From NCBI RefSeq assembly GCF_964355755.1, contig NC_092670.1, forward strand, positions 16,416,795 through 16,480,794: 64,000 bases of DNA. Reading direction: 5' to 3'. Shown in pieces: positions 54,460-64,000 of this stretch (within the stretch, counting starts at the first letter, position 1; every line of letters begins with the position of its first letter). Source of the DNA: Antedon mediterranea. Taxonomy: Eukaryota; Animalia; Echinodermata. A program made the translations under genes and the position numbers. The notes under the pieces are model-generated. The model did not search any database and had not been told where the DNA came from. It saw only the letters and a program-made list of their open reading frames with translations.

Positions 54460-57021
54460 CTATTGTTGCTTCACTTTATTATTTTTATCCTTTGAGAAGG
54501 TTCGTTTATTGCAGCAGCACAGCAAACAAAACTTCCGTATAATGTAAATAAAAAGAAACACACAGATTAAAACAAACAACAAAACATCTAACAGAAAGTA
54601 TTGTAATGTATTCAATTGAAACGCAGCTGAGCGTAAGTACTCGCCACTGAACTTCATCACATGCTCAATCCAGAACACTGCGCGGTCGATAGGGGGCAGC
54701 AGGATGTCATGAAAGTCTTGCTGAACTTCAGACCACCAAATCACTTGTTCCTTTAACCTGCAAAAATCAAACGTACAAATTAATCTTAAAAAATCAATTT
54801 ATGTTTTTCTTACACCCTATCCCTAATATTATTAATTTTTTCCCCAATTCATCCATTATTGCAATAATAGAGAACACATAGACAAAGATGAAAAAACTTA
54901 TGCTAATTATCTGAGAATGTTTTACATAAACTAATAATAAAGACTTACGTTGCATTATGCAAAGCCTGATCTAAAGCATTCTCTAATGCATTTCGAGTTA
55001 GCCTTTGTATATGCAATATTTGTGCAATTTCTTTGGCTTCGAGACGAACAGCCACCTCATATTCGTCAGCAAATAAAGGTATGACAACACTAGGTACAGC
55101 GTGGTAGATTGACATGTAAGCCAAGTCAATGTTTCCATGATTAACGAATACCTTTACGCTATCGTGACCTAAAGATAAAAAAAATACGTGAACATACAAA
55201 TAAAGGTTGATTAGCATATCATGTTGATGTAGACTTTTACAGTATACCGTACACTAGCAAATTTCAGGGTTTTTTTTAGCAAGAAAGGTTGCTAGTGTAG
55301 ACCAGTTTACACATTTCGGCTAACAGCAGAAAATTATTTTTGCAGACATTAAACCTGTCTACACTAGGAAACGTTTGTGGAGGAAATATGTTTATACCAT
55401 ATAGCTTACACCTTGCTAAACTAACCAATTAGCAATCTTAACTTTTAAAACAATAACAATTATTTACAAACCAAACTTGTGTACATTACATTGGAAATTA
55501 TATATTAGTCTACACAACATACACACTGAAAATAAATCGGCGAACTACCTAAAACATCATTTAATTTGTTCACATGAATAACTGTAACGTTTTCATTGGC
55601 TGTAACCATCTTTGGAACATCTCCATTGTCAACCCAAACTACTTTCTGTGGAACCGATGTCAACACCTTCCATAATAACTGAAGATTCTCTGGTTTTGTG
55701 GAAGAAAACTTGGAATGTATTGAAGCTACGATAACACTATTCTGTCCAGATGATTGCAGAAACAATTCTAAGTCCTTAAAATCATAAAAAAGAAATCACA
55801 ATAATATTATGAAGAGAAAGAAATCGTAATAAGTACAAGCACCATTGTGCGAGAAGTATAACTACCAGCAACTTACTAATTTAACGATTGCACGTTTTTA
55901 TCAGATACATTTCAGAATTCGATATTCTCATGGATTATAATCTATTGACTAAACAGTTTCTAAAATGTATACTAGGCCTATTCATTTAGAATGTACTTAA
56001 TGTCTATCTATTCAATCATGGTTCTTAACAACCGAAGAATAGAAGTGTTATTATCAAAATATTATTATGATATTCTATGATAACACAATTTCTTCAGAAT
56101 TACCTTGTCGAGCTTTGACGAATTTCTACCCGATATACCACCTACGAATATAACATTCTGCATATACGGTCTTGGAAATTCCACGGTTAAATCAGTATTC
56201 AACAGAAGTAAATCAGCTTTTCCAATGATATCAAAAGCTTTCTCGTTTGTTAATATATTGTGGTTGTGTTTTAATCTATCATACGCTCCAAACATCCAGA
56301 AATCGTAAACGATTACGGAGTGAAGGTAAAAGAGAACGTTTTGAGTGCGCTGCCAACGGTCCATACGGTTAGTGAATCCTGACATAAACTCCGGAACCAC
56401 TGATAGAACATTCGGTACGTAGTACCAACGGAAATGTCTGGTGCCAAGAGCCCCTTTACTAGCAAAATTCACAAAGGTTACGTTGATATATCTTGCTAAA
56501 ATTGAACAGCAAGGTGATGATACGTCACAGAGGACCTTGTTGAATTGAGATCTTATGAGGTTCTTTATTAATTTGTCATTTCCAAGAATTGAGCTACATT
56601 CATTGAGATAAGCATCTTGATCAGAGTGTTTGTACCAATACCAGGCAATGTTAATCAGTTTTACCAGTGCGCAATCATTAGAGCCTTCTGTAAGAGATAT
56701 CCTATCAGTTGTACAACTTGACACATTTGTTGTAGACTCATATGAAATAATGTTGAAATTTCGATTCAAGTCATCGTTAAGTAAGTTCTTATGACTTAAG
56801 ATACTGACGTTGTGTCCTCTTTCGACAAGACGCTTGCCAACTGTAGTGAATAAACCAATATGAATTGCATCATGAAGATCTGGTACAACCAGTATACTCT
56901 GAGGTTCCATAGGAGAAAAATCTTCGATAACTTTAGAAGCCGAATGGTGTATGGTCAGAATCAAAAATAGCAGATATACGCACCCTTTGAATAAACAACG
57001 ATGGTAGTATAGTAGATCCAT
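54460..57021 (-). CDS. Gene B: UDP-glycosyltransferase (GT1, metazoan UGT-type), ~553 aa; exons 57021-56104, 55774-55549, 55168-54949, 54757-54460
   Basis: Signal peptide, LVERGHNV, MSGFTNRMDRWQRTQN, EFPRPYMQNVIFVGG, LG|H junction, AVFWIEHV, YFLLDV, C-terminal TM and KxKxx (KVKQQ). Exons sum to 1662 nt in frame. Confidence 0.92.
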
Positions 57022-58079
57022 TATATCAGTTTTCTAAAATCCCACAATTATGATGATTTTTACTACGTTAGACCTTTATCACCTAACACCTATTGTTCTC
57101 TTGGTCTACTACAAAATGATCTTAGCTCTACCGTTGAATCAAAACATTATAAATGTGTTTAAGTGCGGGTTGTACAACGGTGCAATTATACCAGTGTATT
57201 AATTAGCAAAGTTTTTTTCAAATATCACATTACAGTTGCGTCATTTTGCTGGCATTTTCAGTGACTATAAACATTTATTAAACGAGTAATTCAATCAACT
57301 GGAAATATACGCATCTCAACAGGGTTAATTATGAAGAAGATAGCACAACATGAACAAATCCGTATCATAGGCGTAAAAGTCAGTTTTTAAGATGTTTGAT
57401 TTCGATTATTTGGGTTTCATTGACACGTTTTGTATAACCACTAACAACGATTACTTACTGAAACTTTATTTTATTCCATAAATCAACTGGAATACAACTA
57501 TTTGTAATAACAACTGTAATAAATATGTAAACTCTACATTCTCTATTTACAAATAAAATATCTTGTGATAAAATACCACATACCCACAAGTGTATTCTAT
57601 ATACTGTATATATACTGTATAATATATTTATGTACACTGAATGAGGTAAATGTTTTGAGGTATTGATTTTATGTAATGTTAAAAAAATAAATAATGCCTT
57701 GGATACAACTATAAACCATGGGAAGTTGAAAAAAGTGGCGTTAATGATGTGAATTCAAGTGTGTGTTACTAAACTTTATATTGTTCGTTTTATAAATTTG
57801 ATTGATAGTAAAAAATGAATGAAATAATTATGGAAATTAAAACTTACTTAATACTTATAAAAGAACATGTTTAAAAAAAATTATTTCTTGTTAATGGTTC
57901 TTCTTAGTAGAAGTAGAATTATTGCTCATATGTTATTGCTTAACTTACCGATTTTGCCTTTACACTGAGCAGTCTTCTGACTGTTCCGTCTGGGCTGCTT
58001 TGGTAAAGTTATGGATAAGATTCTTCCAAGATTGCTTATTAAATCTTTAAGGGTACACCTTCTGGACATACGTACGTCC

Positions 58080-58300
58080 TTTTAATAGGAGTGTCCTTTT
58101 AATAGGAGTGTCCTTTTAATAGGAGTGTCCTTTTAATAGGAGTGTCCTTTTAATAGGAGTGTCCTTTTAATAGGAGTGTCCTTTTAATAGGAGTGTCCTT
58201 TTAATAGGAGTGTCCTTTTAATAGGAGTGTCCTTTTAATAGGAGTGTCCTTTTAATAGGAGTGTCCTTTTAATAGGAGTGTCCTTTTAATAGGAGTGTCC
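58080..58300. repeat. 17-bp minisatellite x13 (TTTTAATAGGAGTGTCC)
   Basis: Perfect tandem units; flanked by MITE-like end sequence GTGTCCCAAAGAAGGTGGTTCTA. Confidence 0.95.
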
Positions 58301-58746
58301 CAAAGAAGGTGGTTCTAAGGTATGTATTACAATACTCTACACATAAATTAAGTGCATTCAAGTTAAAATATATAAAGAAAAATAAAAGATACAAGTGAAA
58401 TTACTGATATACATTGTAATAAAATGGTTACACTATGAATATTAGATTATAGATCAGTGGTTACACTGTTAGATAGATTAAGTGATCAAAATATACAACA
58501 AATGCTTACTTTATAATAACTATACAGAAAATAGGCATAAATAAATAAACAGTTAATTCAAAATGTATTGCTTTGTGATTTAGGTAACAAGTAGGTTATA
58601 AACATGTGTGACTTCCGTGCAGAAACAAGTATCGAAAGTTAAGAATAAATTGCTAAAGTACATTTTACATATTATTATTGTGGTTTTAGTATTGTGCAGC
58701 AGTTATTTGAAATGAGAATATTAAGAATGTGTTTCTTATAAACCGT

Positions 58747-58919
58747 TTAAACTTTTGCAAGTTCTTTTTTGTTGTTTCTCTGTAGTAAGTAGGTGAGTAC
58801 GACTCCAAGTAGTAAGATTACGGAACCAAGTACGCCAACAACCAAAATCCACTTGGCATCCAACTCGGTATCAGATTCGTCTGTGATGGCGTTATTTATA
58901 CTGTTCACGTTGCTTACAT
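58747..58919 (-). CDS. Gene C last exon: stalk, transmembrane helix, short tail
   Basis: [57 protein letters not shown]-stop, following an AG acceptor in phase 1. Confidence 0.85.
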
Positions 58920-61900
58920 CTGAAAGGTAAAAGATGTGGTGTTAATCATGTTCAGAGGTTAAGTCTATAATTTGTATATGACCAATTGTCTTTCTGAAAT
59001 ACATTAGTTACCATCATTACCAGCATCTTCAAATAATTATGGTATTTTTCTTCATCTCAACTCATACACGTCATAAATTATATGTATGCAACTTATTGAT
59101 CCCATAACATAATTCATTCCCATTTGTTACCTCTTTCCTTATCCTCTTCCTCCTCTATTATCCCCTACCTCCTTCTTTATACTGATCCTCCTTTTTTTTT
59201 ATAACATTCTCCTTTCTTATCCCCTTCTCTTTCCTTTATATTTATTTTTTTTAAATTTATATCCCCTCCTCTTTCCTTTATATCCCCTCCTCTTTCCTTG
59301 ATATCCCTTCCTCTTTCCTTATCCCCTTCCTACTTCCTTATCTTCTTCCCCTCCTTTCCCCTTCCCATATTCCTTCCTTTTTTTTATTCCCTTCCTCTTC
59401 CCTGCCCCTTCTGCCTTGCTACTTGCTTATCCACTTCCTCCTCTCTTTCCACTCCCTCTTACCTCATCCTCAGCAACTTCCTCCTTTCTTTACTTTCCTC
59501 TATTACATTCACTTACCTATACTACACATTGGTCCCATTGTATGTGATGTACATTGGCATTTAAAGTATGTTATATAATTTGCACATGTGCCGCCATTCA
59601 TGCAAGGACTCGATTCACATGGATTGATTTCTGAAGAAAAAAAAAACAATTCTGTGATTGTTTTAACCTTTTCATTTTGGCGTATTAACCATGTTTAACT
59701 ACTATATCGTGTTAGATTGTATTATGTGTGGTTATAGTTGAAATAAGTTTATATGGTCTAACTTACGAACATGACAGTAAGCACCGGTATATCCAGGTTG
59801 ACATAAACACCTGTATCCACCATCTATGACCCAACACTCTCCTCCATTCTTACACCTATGGTCCACACAAAAGTCTGTACCTATATAAAAAAGACAGTGT
59901 TGTTTATTATATAAATGTCAAACAGTTTACAGTACTTGAATCTTTACAAGATGCTTATACATGGACTGTTCCATTTTATTTCAAGGAAGAGGTGGAAATT
60001 CTTGTGGCATAACCAGCTTTTAAATGAAATAATATGTTTAAAACAGAAGCTCTGTCTACACTATGAAACTTTATGTGACATTATTTGATGTGCCCATATA
60101 TGGACATGATGTCATATCACTACCATATTTACATATATCATTACCATATTTGGGCACTTTTTTTGTCAAACTAGTTTGATAGTGTAGACAAAGCTTAAGT
60201 ATCTGAATCACTTACTGTTTTGACAATGACTGCCGGTATAGCCTTCTCCACAACTGCATATTTGGTGACCATCTTGTGTGATGGCACATATTCCTTGATC
60301 ATTACAGAAACTATTGTCACACATCATTGCTGTAGCTGTAGAAAGAAAGAACTATTATTACTATTTTTCAGGTTTGGCATGGAAGGATTTTTCAGGTTTG
60401 CCATGGAATTTCCAGGTTTGTTATTATCTTTTCCAGGAATTACTAATATCTTTAAAAAAAATATCTACAATATGAAATGAAATAAACATACGCATGTTGC
60501 AATATGGTCCCATAAAACCAGTTGGACATTCACAGGAGAAGAACAAGTTTGAGATTGGTTGACAGGATCCACCATTGAGACATGGGGTCAGGTCACACAC
60601 AGCTGTTTAACAAAAGAGAACAAGTTTTAAAAATATAATAAGGTGCTTCATTATAGGGCACAGATGTTTCAAATATGCATATGCCTATATATTTTATTAT
60701 CTCTCAGAACTTTTTAACAGATTTTGAAATACGATTGTAGCATAAGTTAATTTTTTATTACTTACATGTTTCACAATAGAGTCCTTGAGATGGTCCATAA
60801 GGACAGACACAGAGAAACTCATCTATCCCATTAATACAAAGTCCACCATTATTGCATGGGTCACTACCACATTCATCCACGTCTAAAGAAAGCCATAAAT
60901 TAAAATCTCTATTAACAATATTTTAATTCATCTTATACTCTACCTAAATAGCTCTGCCTTTGCAGGTCATTGAGATAATAGAAAGCAAAATAAATAGGTC
61001 AGCACTAAATGAAATACGATAACATACCAATTTCACATCTGTGGCCATGGAAACCAGGGGGACAAACACACTGGTAAGACGTTTCGTCAGCGACACACGT
61101 GGCACCGTTACAGCAAGGACCACTTGAACAGACAGTAGGGTCCACAGCTAAAAGAAATCAGGCAAATGAAATGTTATGGATGGTTACTTCAAGATCAAGA
61201 GGTATTCTGATACTTGCTTAGCATTATTAATAATGGTAGCTAATGTCATCAGGTAATTTCCTGAATGGTCTATTAGTATTCCTACTCCAAAAAGTCATCC
61301 ATTCATAAAAGCACTGATGAAGAAAGTTAGTACCGTTTTGATTATTCTGAAAATTTTCTTATGATGGTAATCTTGAGCTAATAAATAAAAAAGAGTTTCC
61401 AACTTACGTATTTCACAAGTGAATCCAGTCCAACCAATGTTGCAGATACAAACAAAGTGGTTGAAAGCATTTAGGCAAGTTCCTTGATGTTGACATGGAC
61501 AGCTTTCACATTCATCAATATCTATAAAAAAGAAAACAACAGCTTAGAATTATATCCTGAATACATTTTGCAATTCATTCATTTTCATTTCATACTTCAA
61601 TAATGTACAATACAGAGCAGCAGTCTAACAAAGAAATAAATATTGACCAATTGAAACCAATTGGAAAAACCGAACTATAGTTACTCCTTCCTGAGCAAGA
61701 GATTGTTTCATTTTCCTTTCCATGGGTTTCCATTCTTGAATAATTGTGCATGCCAGTTATACAAGTAGTACTCACAAAACAGACTTACCCACATCACAGA
61801 ATGGTCCCTGCCACCCTTCAGTGCATTCACAACTGAAGCTTATGCCATCCTCACCAACTACACATGTAGCTCCATTTGAACAAGGTGTATATCTACAAGG

Positions 61901-63912
61901 ATCAACTTCTGCAAATTTCAAACCAATTTTAGCCTTTAAGGTATGTCCGCATTTGAGAGATTTGATTGTAGGCCTAGCATTTTTTAAGGATAACCTAAAT
62001 ATACAGCTAAAGCTCGGTCTACACTGTCAAACTAGTTTGACAAAAAAAAGATGTGATGTGCCCAAATATGGTAGTGATATGGCCAAATATGGTAGTGATA
62101 GGACATCATCATGTCCATATATGGGCACATCACATATTTTTTGTCACATAAAGTTTGATAGTGTAGACAGAGATTTAGATCCTTACCTTCAGGATTGATG
62201 CAAAGGTTATCGTCTACATCAGGCGGACAGATGCATAGAAATTGTTTGCCGTTACTAAAACACTCAGATCCAATAGGGCATGGGTTGCTATAGCAATAAT
62301 TTGGATCTACAAAATACAAAAATCAATGACAAACACACCTTACTCTTACATTAATGTTTATTTGTTATAGATTAGTGTTGGCCAATGGTTACTTTCACTT
62401 AATCGCCCTATTCCAATGGTTGGTAGTAGTGGGGAGGAATTGTGTTCAGATTGTAACCCCTGTTTTGCTTAAGTGCCATTTTCAAACGAGAGACACTCAA
62501 GCAGCAGAAGTGATGGTATATAAATTTGTGCCATTTTGTGATAATGCAGACCATGACCTTGTATTATTTACTTACCACAGACATCTTGGCATGTAACTCC
62601 TTCAAATCCATGGTTACAGTAACATGAATATTCATCAATCCCATCTAGACAAGTTGCTCCATTGTGGCATGGATTACTGGCGCAATCATCAATGGCTAAA
62701 ATGAAAACAATGTATTAATAGAATGTTCTGCACTATAACATATATACAATTTTCAATAGCTATACTGATATTTGTACATAACAAACATAATGCCTTCTAT
62801 GTCTTTTATGTGTATTTATGTGGTTATTTTATTCCAATTTACCATACTTTTTCTTATTATTCACACCTAGAATAACCATGTTTAAGATAATATTTCACTG
62901 TACTCTGTATTTAATTATCCATTTGAATAAAATCTTTTTGTATCTTTTATTTTCACTTTATAGTCATAAATATTTAAGGGAATTAAAAAAAACAATATAA
63001 CATACTATCATTTTGATCAACAGCTTGTACACGAATTGAGAAGCCAGCCTCTGTCTTGTCACTATCTGACTCAAACGAAAACCACATGTGGTTCTGACTT
63101 GACAAAAACTGTATTGGCGACTTATAACCTGCAAGTGACAGCATGGCATTGCTTGAATTTCCAACGTCAGTTCCTTCACCCATCGTCAACCAGTCGTAGT
63201 TCCTCTCCAATGCAAAGGTGTCTGGTTGGACAAGAAGCGACTTGGCCATAGGGGCAATGACGAACCATTCACACATCTCATTGTTGTCATAGTTGTTGGG
63301 GTAGTTTGGAGATTCAATTTTGACAACATCATTGAGCCCCAATGTATAATTATAACGACAGCTATTTTCTGAAATACAATTAAAATTAAACAGATTTAAA
63401 ACCTTTTTTAAAAATAATATTCATCTGCCACACAGCTGAGAATAAATAATATAAATATCCTTTGTTAATATTTATTCTTAATGTCAACATTTGAATAATG
63501 TATAATAACAGAAATTGACAAATATTGAATCAACCAGACTTACTTATCTCACACATACTACCCCTGTAGTCTTCTGAGCATGTGCAGACGAAACTATTAA
63601 TGTCATCAACGCAGGTGGCACCATTCAAACATGGGTTGCTTGCACATTCATTTACATCTACAACAAAACAATTTAAATGAAATAAAAAAAATGGAAAGAG
63701 AAAACTAAAGATGTGAATTTGTCATAGTAACACATGTTTAAGTCGGTACATATTTATTTTAAGTAACTGGTGCAAAAATGACCTTCAGCACGTCTTACCT
63801 GTTTGGCAGAATTCACCTGTCCATCCTTCTTGACAAAGACATACATAGAATGTATAATAGTTTTGACATTGTCCATCATTAACACATTTATGATCTTCAC
63901 ATGCATTTGATC
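58747..63912 (-). CDS. Gene C (3' part): EGF/CUB type-I membrane protein, 14 exons visible (2 EGF-CUB-10 EGF-TM), 5' end beyond window
   Basis: Phase-1 EGF exons near 63799, 63546, 62577, 62187, 61790, 61408, 61029, 60766, 60492, 60217, 59767 and 59517; CUB exon 63006-63368; terminal TM exon. Confidence 0.87.
59125..59500. repeat. Polypyrimidine (CCT/CTT-rich) low-complexity intron tract
   Basis: Almost entirely C/T with TATCCCCT(C/T)CTCTTTCCT sub-repeats. Confidence 0.85.
60048..60195. mobile_element. MITE family 1 copy
   Basis: Both TIRs and core; in a gene C intron. Confidence 0.85.
62011..62172. mobile_element. MITE family 1 copy next to a gene C splice donor
   Basis: Both TIRs and core; ends ~13 bp from the donor at ~62186. 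Confidence 0.85.
63006..63368 (-). CDS. Gene C CUB exon
   Basis: [18 protein letters not shown]...[10 protein letters not shown]...[18 protein letters not shown]; 363 nt. Confidence 0.9.
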
Positions 63913-64000
63913 CTAAAGATTATCACAAATAAAATAACCTGTATTAGCTCTAAAGTAGGAATGTTAGTCAATGTACTTTATCTTGACAAATCTTAAAATT

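Noticed and set aside
59298-59564. Pro/Ser/Leu/Phe-rich ORF
   Set aside because: Translation of a polypyrimidine tract in an intron.
61313-61350. CTGATGA hammerhead core
   Set aside because: No helix II followed by GAAA at a suitable distance.

Overview
AT-rich eukaryotic genomic DNA with GT-AG introns. The gene content suggests an echinoderm-like deuterostome invertebrate (inference). Three minus-strand genes are present. (1) 51894 to <622: a giant secreted or cell-surface protein, read as signal peptide-EGF-CUB-(~94 atypical EGF)-2 EGF-CUB-EGFn, with about 109 mostly single-domain phase-1 exons by hand count; it runs off the left edge. (2) 57021-54460: an intact 4-exon UDP-glycosyltransferase-family gene whose sugar-donor signature is degenerate. 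(3) >63912-58747: the 3' part of a paralogous EGF/CUB single-pass membrane protein. The main observation concerns the ~94-domain array, whose EGF modules carry two extra cysteines: one in the major hairpin and one replacing the Gly of CxCxxG[FYW]. At the array ends and at an internal break, these cysteines are present or absent in pairs across neighbouring domains rather than within a domain. This points to inter-domain disulfide staples forming a calcium-independent rod. The array is growing by multi-exon duplication (a recent 3.36-kb six-exon duplication plus older 10-11-exon periodicity). Its introns hold about 18 copies of one Harbinger-like MITE, other DNA-transposon relics, SINEs, a Helitron-like insert, minisatellites and splice-site-containing tandem repeats. 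All coordinates and counts were read by eye and may be off by a few bases or exons.
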